63,923 nucleotides of DNA, filler included, from Lenisia limosa (GCA_001655205.1; 14 parts of 14 records of this genome joined end to end with filler, not necessarily neighbours in it), one strand, 5' to 3'; counted from the whole stretch's first letter, positions 11,517 through 22,964 are shown. Numbers and translations are program-made. The notes: generated by a model not told the origin, from the letters alone.

Positions 11517-13095
11517 CTATGGGAGGTCCTTGATAGCAAGGAAGTTAGCTCGAATAGCAGCCAGGACGGCCTGAAGCGGCAGCGTCAGTGACGAGTGTGT
11601 GGCTGAGGGGATAGTATCGGGATGCGTGATTCCAAGCCAGCTGAGCACTGTCTCAACCTGTGGCGGAGTAAAAAAAAGAAAAGAAAAGAAAAAATATTGG
11701 AAAATTTATCTCAAATAATAAAAAAAGAGCCCAAAATCAACACGTTGGCTTGAAACACACAACGGTTGGAAACCACAAAACTAAGCCAATTCCATCACTC
11801 CACAAAACAAAGCCAATTCCATCACTCCAGCGTACCTTGGGGGTGAAGTCTCCGAGGACGTCAAGTTGAGGTTCCAGCTCGTACTGTGGGGGTAAAAAGG
11901 ATTATAGATAAATACACTTAAAACAATGCTGAATTAACCCATACTAACCAACCCATTCTGCTCTCCCAAACCATGAAAGACGAAGTATCCATTCGAACCC
12001 GATGTTTTCAACAATCTCAACCCACTCGCTAGCGTTTATTTGATTCCAATGGGATTCTTAACTCTCTTATGGTAAAAATAAACTCTTCCCCCCCCCACCC
12101 CCCATAATATCCCCCAACCTGGAGTCTGTTGTAAATGATCTGAGGCGGTCCGGGTTGTCCTCTCGAGATATCGACGGCATGAGTTGAGAGTGCGGCGCCG
12201 TACACCCGGAACATGTCACTGCGAGGTTAGAGGGGGGAACATGGAAAAGAGGTGTAAATGGACACTTTTCACTGTCCCCTCCCATTTCACCCCCCATACC
12301 TTAGGTAGTTATACAGTGCGATGTTGGTGGTGATGGTTACAGCGCCGTCAAACTCCGAAATGTAATAGTAGTCCACTGTGTTGGACGTTTCTGGCAGGGT
12401 GAGAGTATACATATACATAACAAAGAGAAATAAAAACAATAAGGTTGTATCCGGCCGAAGCCGTCCACACCATCATCTAGTATTATATTAATTCACCCAA
12501 TCATGAGCCTTAAAGCTCTGTGCACTACATATAATATTATAATATGATTCTGGGGGCGGGGGGGNNNNNNNNNNNNNNNNNNNNNNNNNNNNNNNNNNNN
12601 NNNNNNNNNNNNNNNNNNNNNNNNNNNNNNNNNNNNNNNNNNNNNNNNNNNNNNNNNNNNNNNNNNNNNNNNNNNNNNNNNNNNNNNNNNNNNNNNNNNN
12701 NNNNNNNNNNNNNNNNNNNNNNNNTTATTATAAAACACAAAGCACCGCACCCCCATTATTTACTTGTTTCGTATATTACTTTGCCCCCACCAGGCTGGGT
12801 AGTGTACATAACAAGGGAGACTGGCGGGATGTTGAAGATTTGGCTGGCGGCGGCCCGGGACTCGCGCTCGGCCGGGGTGAGGTGTGTGCTACTTCCACCA
12901 TCTAGGGGTGTGAACAAAGGACATATTGAAGAATATACGCGCGAAGGCTCTGAAACCAAATAATCCGAATCTCCAAACAAAGCCATGTACATAGCCCCCC
13001 CCCCCACAGGTCATTTTAGAAATAGCGGCCTTCCCTGAGGTCATGGTCAATTGCCGATGGATGTCAGCACCCTTCAAGTTCTGAGTCAAAGTCAC
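11517..13095 (-). CDS. 3' part of a spliced gene, unknown product
   Basis: Six canonical exons, e.g. YELEPQLDVLGDFTPK|VETVLSWLGITHPD...KDLP*, with TAG at 11517-11519. Confidence 0.7.
11658..11835 (-). repeat. 178-nt intron consisting almost entirely of a family B element
   Basis: GTacgc + tggagtgatggaa + ttggctttgttttg (duplicated)...ccaaccgttgtgtgtttcaagccaacgtgttgattttgggctc...gataaattttccaat...tttactccgccacAG. Confidence 0.75.
12415..12530 (-). repeat. Family C unclassified interspersed repeat
   Basis: atgattgggtga...gatggtgtggacggcttcggccggatacaaccttattgtttttatttctc, shared with the other family C copies listed below. Confidence 0.8.
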
Positions 13096-13353
13096 GCTAA
13101 AACGATGAGCTCAATGAACCACAGTCTCGGCTGAATATTCTGTTTTGCCATACATTCTTTTCAAAATTGGGGAAATGCTGAGGGAAGATGGACAAGATAA
13201 GCNNNNNNNNNNNNNNNNNNNNNNNNNNNNNNNNNNNNNNNNNNNNTTAATTAATTAANNNNNNNNNNNNNNNNNNNNNNNNNNNNNNNNNNNNNNNNNN
13301 NNCCCCCCCCCCCTCCCCCACACACACATTTGTCTAATTACTGTAGATCCAAG

Positions 13354-14697
13354 CCACATCCACAAACGAAAGTCTCCTCTCCGTCGAACTCGACATTGTC
13401 TCCGGACGTCTTTCGTTATACATGGCACCAAGCCCTGCTGACACGTTCGCCACCACCAATGACAATACCATTGCCGCCTTCACGGAAGAGATCTCGAGCC
13501 TCTTCGGCATATCGAGAGGACGGTCCTACAGTGTTCAGACCGATCAGAGTAATGCGTTTGAAGACAGANNNNNNNNNNNNNNNNNNNNNNNNNNNNNNNN
13601 NNNNNNNNNNNNNNNNNNNNNNNNNNNNNNNNNNNNNNNNNNNNNNNNNNNNNNNNNNNNNNNNNNNNNNNNNNNNNNNNNNNNNNNNNNNNNNNNNNNN
13701 NNNNNNNNNNNNNNNNNNNNNNNNNNNNNNNNNNNNNNNNNNNNNNNNNNNNNNNNNNNNNNNNNNNNNNNNNNNNNNNNNNNNNNNNNNNNNNNNNNNN
13801 NNNNNNNNNNNNNNNNNNNNNNNNNNNNNNNNNNNNNNNNNNNNNNNNNNNNNNNNNTTTACTCCCCTAGGGTCGCGGTCGATTTAAAGCCTGGCGACCT
13901 TCACGAGGCGTCTGGTACCACGTCTGCATCACAATGGCAAAAATAAAGCCCCGTTCAAGCGTCGCCCTAAGTTCCCTGTATATTAATGGGTCACTAATGG
14001 ATCGCGTGCATTTAGCCCACCCCTTCTACCACGGGCCCTCTGTGAATTGGCGCGCCTATCTTGGAGGCAATGTGTATGGTCACACCGCACGTCCCAATGC
14101 AATGGGCGGATGTCTCAATGGCACTTTGGCCTGGAATATGGGACCGCTTTACATCTTCAATGTGGGTGCGGGATTGTACCGTTTTTGATTGAAATGATAT
14201 CATCTTGCTTTGTATCTTTTATTATACTTCATCTCATTTACGCCCTCCCTTAATACCAATATGCTAATTTTTAGTTTGCTTTGTCTTACCATACACTGGA
14301 GTGATAGGATACGGTGTTGCAGACAGAAGCGATTAGCCTGGGCTTTGTTTGTTTTGTTGTTCTCAACCCTCGTGTGTTGTCAGCCAACAGAGTTAATTTG
14401 GGTTTTTTTGTTTCATATATATTTTCCAATTTTACTCCCCCCAGGAGGCTCTGAGTGCCACATCAGCGGGTTATTTGGCCGCGCTTGGCATGGACGTCTC
14501 AGGCCCCTTGCCGCTGGCTAAGAACAAGTGGGGGGAGGGGGTAAGAATAAAATAATTTTGGGTATGTGGGGGTAAAGCTAAAGGTTGTCATTTTTTGGTT
14601 CATTATTTTCATCACAACCATTCTTGCGTCCTTTCATCCAGTACTTTAGGTGGGATTCTTCGGAACCGTCTGCTGCCGAGGAAGATCCGTTCCAGAG
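13354..14697 (+). CDS. BEACH-family (WDFY3/neurobeachin-like) ConA/laminin-G region, fragment
   Basis: Exon GVWYHVCITM...SSLYINGSLMDRVHLAHP...LAWNMGPLYIFN|EALSATSAGYLAALG resembles the W.H...LY.NG...W.lGp.ylf.eaL segment of BEACH proteins. The BEACH domain itself is not seen. Confidence 0.55.
14305..14444 (+). repeat. Family B element, best-preserved copy, forming the intron acceptor
   Basis: ggatacggtgttgcagacagaagcgattagcctgggctttgtttgttttgttgttctcaaccctcgtgtgttgtcagccaacagagttaatttgggtttttttgtttcatatatattttccaattttactccccccAG|gaggct. Other + copies: 8862-8942, 9196-9231, 15536-15620, 17380-17475, 18365-18433, 35858-35975. Confidence 0.9.
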
Positions 14698-16152
14698 TGA
14701 GTGGGGGTGGGGGGATTTGTTGGTCCATTTTGTTGTTATTTGTTTTAAGTGCAAATTGGAATCATGTTTAAGAAATATAAGGGATTAGATCTTTGCTAGG
14801 TGAATTTGAGATGATTATTTGGATAAAAAATATGGACCCCGCCCCTTCCCCTCCCACATTATTACCCTTTAGAATCGAGCGACGACAAGGGCCATCTAAA
14901 CCATGCGTATTTGGACGACGTTACACCCTTGGTTGGTTTTTTTCGTCATAAATTGGAGAAAGTCTCTTGAAACTAGGACTATAGAGATGCAGCGGTTGAC
15001 TACACAAAATTGGGTGACAATGTAATATGCTATTTGAACTTACCTTCCCTTTAAGTGATGAACCTTTGAGTTAACTTGCTTGGGAAATGATTATGTTTTG
15101 TTATTAAACCTTGTAAATTGTACCCAATTCATGTGATGTACTGTTCAAGCTGATCACCTCTTCCATGAAACTTATATCGGTAGATGGCAGCACGCAACAT
15201 TGCGCATCTCAACAGTCGCACCATCTTTGCTACTCTCCCCGCAACCGTTTCCTACTACTCTCCACATCTCTCATCCACTACATCACCGGCTGTCGTGGCC
15301 TTCCCCTCTCTCACCCAGGTTTGTTTGTTCACCCTTATCATATCACTTTTTGGGTCATTTTCCCTAGGGTTTCACTCCGGTTCGATCTGTAAACTATCGA
15401 TAGTTTTCAAGGATTTATCAAGAAATTCAGTCTTTTTTCGATGATATTTGTGTCCACCCGTATATCGTTGTGTATGGGTTAATTGCAGTCCAATTTTAAC
15501 GGATTCATCCCACGGACAGATAATCCGTATTTAATTGTGTGACAGCCAACAGAGTTGATCTTGGGCTTCTTTTTTATTATTATTATTATGTATACTCCCC
15601 CCCCCCCTGCTCATAGATTCCTTGTTTCACAGATTTAGTCTGCCGTTAGTCCTAGAACTTGCCAGCCCCTCCTCTCCCTCTTTTTCGGTATGATTGATCT
15701 ATAGTTATTGTTAAAATTCCAATAAAACAAACATGCTTTCCATTTTGGAGTACCTACATATATTAATCTAATGAAGAGATATATGGCTAAGTTGTAATTC
15801 TTCCGCAGCTTTCATAGAAATGTCTTCTATTTCACAATTGCTTACTATGTTATCTTTCTCACGTGATCAGGCCCTTCCTCCGACACCACCACTTCTGCCC
15901 ACAGCCCTGGTATGCTAGGAGGAGGTTATGATGTACTGGTCATTTTTGAACCGAAGTGAAACCCTAGATACACTTCATCGTTTTTGTTATCTAATGATAG
16001 TTGAAACAGTCTTTTATGTTTAAAGCGATTCGTATTGTATTCTCCCTTTAAANNNNNNNNNNNNNNNNNNNNNNNNNNNNNNNNNNNNNNNNNNNNTTAA
16101 TTAATTAANNNNNNNNNNNNNNNNNNNNNNNNNNNNNNNNNNNNNNNNNNNN

Positions 16153-18487
16153 ATGGGCACGCTTCCTTCACAAGGTGCGTCGTGTCTTGGGCCTCTGCGG
16201 TCGCAGAAAAGAAGGATTTTTCAGGATTCTTAATATGTCTTGACTTTCCATATGTGGCATGCAGTTTTTAGCAACTTTCCTAATACTGCATGTTGTTTTA
16301 GCGACTTTCCTCATACGGCATGTAGGAGACCTTGGTGAGACCGGAGGCACCGCGGAACACACGCACAACTACCACGTACCAGGGCACACGCACAACCTCA
16401 ATCACACTCATCACGCTTCCGGCAACTCTACCTCCGCCCCTGACCATAAGCATCATCTTTTTGACTTTGAAGCAAAAAACTGGTTTGTACTTTTTTTTTT
16501 TGTCATTTTTAGCGATTATTTGAACCTTATCATCGTTTTTACATTTAGTAGTCATTTTTAGCACTTTTTGGACATTTTTAGCACTTTTTTGACATTTTTT
16601 GGCGCTTTTTGATGCCCCCCCCCCTCCCCCCCATTACNNNNNNNNNNNNNNNNNNNNNNNNNNNNNNNNNNNNNNNNNNNNNNNNNNNNNNNNNNNNNNN
16701 NNNNNNNNNNNNNNNNNNNNNNNNNNNNNNNNNNNNNNNNGGTCTGGTCAAATGGGCATGGAACTGCAGGATCGGTTGGGGGGAGGGGTGGGGAGTAGAG
16801 CTTCACTTTGGCTCGGGAAAAAGACTGTCGATTAATCCTCGAAGGATATTTTACCGGTCTTTTTCGAAGTGAAGCCCTGGGGGGGGGGTGATTTATGATG
16901 TACCTGTCACGTATTCTGTAGAGGCACGCCGAAAGCTGTGTACACAGAGTTGTAAGGCAAATGATTGGGAGAAATATAATTCAATATCTCTTATAAGTGT
17001 GATGGTGTGGATTTGGCCAGATACAATCTTGTTTTATTTCTCATCTTTTACGAACCTCACCTGTCTTTTAGGGCCAATACCCCCTGTCCCCTAAAGCAAC
17101 TCCTGAAAGGCACTATTACTCAAAGTAGGCTCTTTTGCTTTCTAATTTATGTACATTCATGTATATTATTTTATTTGGTTTATACATTTCAATTTTCTCC
17201 AGCGTCAGAATTATTATCAACATCACCATCACCACCACCATCATCATCACCACCATCGTTATCGTCACCAACACCACCACTCACCATCATCATAATCATT
17301 ATCATCATCATCACTTATAATCACACCTTACCCCCTTTCTTCACCCACACCCCAAGCAGATTTGATTTTGGGGTTGTATCTCATATATTTTCCATTTTGC
17401 TTTGTTTTGTTGTTTTGATTTTGGTCTTTTTGTTTCACAAATTTCCCAATTTCACTCTCCCCCCCCCCCCCGCAGTCTTTCCGGCAACCACACACACGTT
17501 TTTGACCGGGACATTGAGCACGTGGCACCTCCGGCGACTGTAGCGGACCAAACCCTGCAGACTGACAAGGTTGGGGGGGGGGAGGTTGGAATTCTCATAT
17601 TTTACATGGGAATACCAATTTTATTATTGTATGGGATTCCCATCTTATATAAGGGAATCCCAAGTCGATTCGCATTTCTCTAGAAATCCGCGAAATCTAT
17701 CGATATTTTTGTCAGTCTTTTTCGAACCGAAGCGAAGCCCAAGAGAGGAGGTAGTTATCGATGGGCGGCGGCGGCGGAGGGATATTATTTTACTATCAAT
17801 TGTGTGGGGGTTTACTACTTAGACATGCATAGCTTGGTCTGTTAAGTAAGCAAAGCGCGACTGGCAGGATCAACCAGGTATCTATTTTCTTTTTCGGGAG
17901 AGGGGGGGGGGGAGGAATTCGATGAAGATTGCTTAAAGGTACTTGCAGTGTGGTGAAATGGAGGGAATAGATAGGGTGTCGATGTTGGTATGAATTAGAT
18001 GTTCACTTTCTGTTCCAAAAAAAGACTAAATTCTTGATCAATCCTCAATAAATATCTATATTTTGCCAGTCTTTTGGAATCGAAAGTGAAGCACCTGTGA
18101 ATTGATATTATACTATTAAGGATTCACTTCGATTCAAAAAATACTGGTAAAATATCGTTTTATGAACCAAAGTGAAGCCCCATATACAATAATTCAATAT
18201 CTCTTATAAGCGTGATGGTGTTGACTGCTTCGGTCAGATACAACCTTGTTTTATTATCTCTATGTAGTATATAACTTTCAGTAACACAAACAATCACTAA
18301 ATAATGTATTTCACAACGATTCACAACTTCCACCAATCATTAATAATGGGAAAATTATATACTACAACAAAGTTGTTTTGGGGTTTTTTTTTGTTTCATA
18401 AATTATTTGTCCATATAGCCCCTCACATTTTAGGTCAACAACACCCCATCAAGCCTCTCTGTCATTTACATCATGAGGATATTCTAA
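16153..18487 (+). CDS. C-terminus of a protein with a phage tail-collar/tail-fibre-like His-rich domain
   Basis: Spliced reading: MGTLPSQG|DLGETGGTAEHTHNYHVPGHTHNLNHTHHASGNSTSAPDHKH...QDR|LSGNHTHVFDRD...TDK|VNNTPSSLSVIYIMRIF* (TAA 18485-18487). It shows G.TGG..HTH, repeated HxH, and the terminal NN.P....V.YI.R motif. Confidence 0.7.
16921..17042 (+). repeat. Family C unclassified interspersed repeat
   Basis: gaggcacgccgaaagctgtgtacacagagttgtaaggcaaatgattggg...caatatctcttataagtgtgatggtgtggat..tggccagatacaatcttgttttatttctc. Also at 18190-18260, 18545-18630, 20744-20872 (-), 24769-24886 (-), 34020-34085, 37960-38000 (-), 47533-47600 and 51816-51942. Confidence 0.85.
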
Positions 18488-19384
18488 TTAATATAATACG
18501 TGTTTTCTTTTTCAGCAAATTCAAGTTGTTGAGGGGGGGGCACTGAAGAGGCACGCAGAAAGCTGTGTTTACAGAGTTGTAGCAAATGATTGGGTGAATA
18601 TATTCCACACCAATATCTCTAAGCGTGATAGTAGAGAGTACGACGAGCTTATTTACATCTAAGAACTATTGTTCCTGTGTGAAAAGTGTTTAAATTCTTG
18701 TTTTCATGATTTTCCCATACGTCTGACTGTTTTTGGTTCAAAATAACGAAAAAATGGCCAAATTTCACATCGAGTATTTATAACTTCACATATTTCTGGA
18801 CGGTGTTGTGATATATTGGGTGGGTATTTTCTTTTTGTTGATGAGAGTTTCATTGGTAACAGATTATAAACAAAAAAACAAAGATTGGTTGGGATTAACC
18901 GGGTACCAAGTGTGGCGGCGCATGCGTCAGGATTCTGATTACAGGTCTTCCCCGAGCCGGGCCCTTTGGACTGGACCCACGGTTGGACCTTCGAATGCTT
19001 ACACTCTCAATTACGCTTCTTATAGATCCATAAACGATGATTATGATAGTATATGATAATTCTCCTCATGTTCTGCTACTCTCCTGTGCTCTAAGTCTCT
19101 GAAGGCAGCAAAAACAACACAAATAATGGGGACATTCCATGTCCAGAATTCATCCGAAGTTTCCTTTTTCGGAAGAAGTGGCAGCTAAAACATTTCACGA
19201 AACGGATTTATCAACATCTTAGTTAACAGTTTGATTTTAGTGAAGATACCTGTAGTGACGTTATCCCTCTTCCCCCTTTACCTATTCTGAGACAAAATAC
19301 CCCACACACTTGTACCTCCAATGCTTGTTGCCTTGCTGTGGGTTTTGGTTGAGTCTGGGTGTAAGACATCATGATTTGAGACCA

Positions 19385-19474
19385 GGGCTTCACTTCGGTT
19401 CAAAAAAAGACTGAATTTCTCGTTGGAAAACTATCGATATTTTTATCGATCTTTTTTGAACTGAAGTAAAGCCC
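19385..19474. mobile_element. Family A MITE (A1)
   Basis: gggcttcacttcggttcaaaaaaagac...gatcttttttgaactgaagtaaagccc. Confidence 0.85.
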
Positions 19475-20179
19475 GAGTTGAGACAGTATTAATCGCAATC
19501 TAGGATTCTTTCTTCAATATTCCATTCCACCAGAGCTGAAGAGGAGGTATAACATTAGCATTACAATAACCGTTGTAGGCTGAATTTGACACAGTTTTCG
19601 ATTTTGAAACAGGACATTCAGATGAAATTGACACATCCAGTTACTATACCGTTTGTCACAGAAAAGTCAATTTCCAATGACTTTCTAGGATGTTATACTT
19701 CCAAAAGCTGCACCAGGCCTGATTTTGGCTCTCATATTCCTGGTGCTTGGTGTCCTATATTTCCTCTATAGTAAGCATCTTGAAATGTAATCCCTCCAGG
19801 GTGGTGTCGCTGTTGTTGCCGATGTAAGTTTAGAATGTCCAAAAGGAAGTCAAGCTTTTTCCTGTTTGTTTGCCTTGTCGTTTTGCTTGTAGCAAGGTTG
19901 GAAGGATCCGTGAACTCACTGTGGTAGTATATTTTCGGTCTTTCTTCTTGCAACAAATGACAAACTTGAAAACGGAGTTGATAAGATCTTGGTAGGTTCA
20001 AGGAAGAAATCTGACGAGTAGGACAAAGCAGAAAACGCCACTTCTCAGACATTTTATGAAACTGTGGAAATCAATGATGCGCTCGAAAGTGCTGACAAGT
20101 ACATATCTTTGGTATGTAGGAAGAAATAGCTTTATTCAGTTTCTGTTCACTTTTATGTGCGAAAAAAAGCTCCTGATTA

Positions 20180-20273
20180 GGGCTTCCCTACAGTCCCAAA
20201 AGACCGAATTTCTCGATAAATCCTCGATGATATCGATATTTTAACGGTATTTTTTCGGACCGTAGGGAAGCCC
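20180..20273. mobile_element. Family A MITE (A2 subtype), TA-flanked
   Basis: TA|gggcttccctacagtcccaaaagac...gtattttttcggaccgtagggaagccc|TA. Other A2 copies: 36460-36549, 51502-51599, 53879-53974, 59195-59243. Confidence 0.88.
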
Positions 20274-20298
20274 TATGGTCATAAATTATTTTCATTGT

Positions 20299-20485
20299 CT
20301 GCGCATTGACTTGGGATTCTTATGGCAGTTACCCAACCAATATTTTCTTGAGAATCCAATTACCGATGCCGCCTAACGCGCGTTTCGCGACTACGCGGCA
20401 CTGTGAAGAATCCCATGTTGTTGAAAATATTTATGGGATTCCCAAGTACATGTATATGGGAATCCGAAGTCGATGCGCTTGAGTG
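20299..20485. mobile_element. Family E (CACTA-type) MITE, longer degenerate copy
   Basis: gcgcattgacttgggattc...gaatccgaagtcgatgcgc inverted ends around a GC-rich insert. Confidence 0.7.
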
Positions 20486-20651
20486 GAGTTTTTACTCCAA
20501 CAAATTTTGTGGACGTGAATTGTTACATTGTTACAAGTATCCAAATGACAATTGGAGTTGATTTTCTAGGTACCTTCGGACTCTGACCTCAATAGATTGT
20601 ACCAACAGAGTTTATCGGGTCAGTTTTATCTGATTATTTTCTAACTTTACA

Positions 20652-22270
20652 GAAATGAGTGAAAATATTGACGAGGCTGAAGATATTAAATCTGATGCAT
20701 TTGATGTTATTGATGCTGGTTGGTCTGATAACATTTCACAATATATACATATAGCAATGAGAAATAAAATAAAATAAGGTTGTATCTGGCCGAAGCCATT
20801 TACGCCATCACGCTTAGAAGAGATATTAGATTATAATATAATATTAACACACCCAATCATTTGCCTTATTACCATTTGACAATATAGCAAGACTTGCGGA
20901 AATTTGGAGAAGCTTCTTTCTATTTGTTGTTGTCATTGTGACTCTTAGCCTTTTGGGACTTGCAGTTTTGGCGCTTTTACTAAATTTGAGATGGCTTGCA
21001 ATTTTGTGAGGACAATTGTATTCACAATTATCATTCAGGGTCACACTTGCGTTTTTTGTTTTAGTTGTCAGTTGTTGGGTCATATACGCAGGTCACAGGG
21101 CTGCAGTGTTTATCATCGCGGTATGGTCATTGAATAGCTAACATTTAGGACTCATGTGTGGAACTTATCGATTTTTCTTCCGGAAATGGAACCGACAAAA
21201 TCACAAAGCTCATTGAATGTCTTGATGAAGACTCTTGTGAGCTTTCCCCTCCTCTCACGGCTAAAGTCGACACTCTCGTTCAGTTTACAGATCTTTTGGT
21301 TGACTTTATAAATGTGCTTGCAGATTTTGAAACTGATGCTGAGAAAGAGGCAGAATTGCGTAGCGATGTTTGCCATTGCTAGCGATGACTTTTTAGTCCG
21401 CTTTGTACCAGAAAAACTCAAATAAAGCAGTAGAATTGGGCACTTGTGTGTCTTTCAGGAAAAGCGTTGGAGATATTGTTGATGACTACTGCAAAGAGCC
21501 AGTAATGTTGGTTTTACTCTCATGGTTGTTATTTCATTTCCACAGGGGCAATTGTGACGACTTACAGGAGGAATTTGTTGGTTACAGTACTATTTATTAA
21601 CCACATAACTAAATAGTTCATTGTGGCCATGTTACTGTCAATTTCTTATGTGACGTTGATTTTCAGTAAGGAAGGGGAAACAATTACAGTTTAATTTAAA
21701 GGCTTGGATTACCAAAGTTCGGTTAATCGCGGTGAGGATGGTCCGACACCAGCAGATAGAGGAGATAATGTCAGCGTTGTTAAAGATTGTGTGCAAACTA
21801 ACAAACCTGCAGAAGCCGTCCCACTCAGTAATCGCTGCTGTTGACCAGCATTTCTCTCCATCCAGTTCACCCTTCTCTGAACGCCGTAGGCATCTGATTT
21901 CTTCTTACCTGGTAGCTGGCCCTAGTGCTCTAAACGAACAACAACCTGGTACTGTTCCTGTCTATGATGACTCTGGTTCGGTTGTCGTCAACTTGTCACC
22001 ACAGCAGATAAGGTGATAATCTTCATTCTCTCACCTTATAGCCAAAGCCGGTCGTTTGAACCAACAAATCAACGAAATGATGTTGGTATGTACTGCATTA
22101 TTTGTGTTCTTTGTCATATTTTTAGGTGTAACAAGACCATCAGGTTGGCAGAAACCACTTTCACCGTTATCTCATGATTTTGACTCTCTAGGAGCGCGTA
22201 GGAAGGCACCACCTCAACCAGATATACCTCCAAGTTTGTCTTATTCTCTACTACACTACACTGCACATTG
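20652..22270 (+). CDS. Probable spliced gene, unknown product
   Basis: AG/GT-bounded open segments, e.g. EMSENIDEAEDIKSDAFDVIDA, 21150-21300 and 21732-22013. No motif recognised. Confidence 0.45.
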
Positions 22271-22855
22271 ACTTGGGAGTCTTGCATATATTACATGGGA
22301 ATCCCATGAAAATTTTTGGAAATTTGAAGACATTTATGAGATTCTATAATACATAGGAATCCCAAGTCGATGCGCATTGTAGCCTGACAAAACTCTTGCC
22401 CTTCTCCAACCCCATTTTTAGGCTATTGGGCTGTGGTGTCGCGACCCTCCGATCTCTCTGGCCAAAAAGCAGGCCGGTTGGCAAATATTTGCGAAAACAA
22501 TACAGGGCGTTAGTAATACGTAATATATGTAGAGCTCTTGCCGATCAATTTCCAAATAACTTATGAATTAATTGGAAATTTTTATCTGTTTGCGATTATG
22601 CACAATTAATTGGCCAATTAATTGGTCCTTTAATGGACAAATCACCATCAATTAATTTCAACGAATTGGAGTTATAATTGCAAAGATCTCTTTTAATATG
22701 TAATCCGATAAACAGAGAACCGCCACCGGTATCCCCCTAGTTTAAATACGGCCAGTTCAACAGGTGTCCACTCAGCCCCAACCGTCCTACAATCCTTCAG
22801 GTGGGATATTTCCCTTATCACTTTGCTTGGTTTGTCCATGTTTTTTCTTGACAAG

Positions 22856-22964
22856 CACTACGCGCATCGACTTAGGATTCTCGTGAAAATGTTGGAATTC
22901 CCATATTTTACTCGGATACCCATATAATACATAAGAGGGAATCCCAAGTCGATGCGCCGTAGTG
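22856..22964. mobile_element. Family E CACTA (EnSpm)-type MITE with 3-bp TSD
   Basis: AAG|CACTAcgcgcatcgacttaggattc...gaatcccaagtcgatgcgccgTAGTG|AAG. Other copies: 22254-22384, 53369-53474 and a right end at 17590-17675. Confidence 0.88.

Noticed and set aside
14385-14400. Family B ACAGAGTTGATT resembles U6 snRNA ACAGAGAAGATT
   Set aside because: There is no AGC triad or U6 ISL and no further U6 similarity. The motif is one arm of the element's own hairpin.
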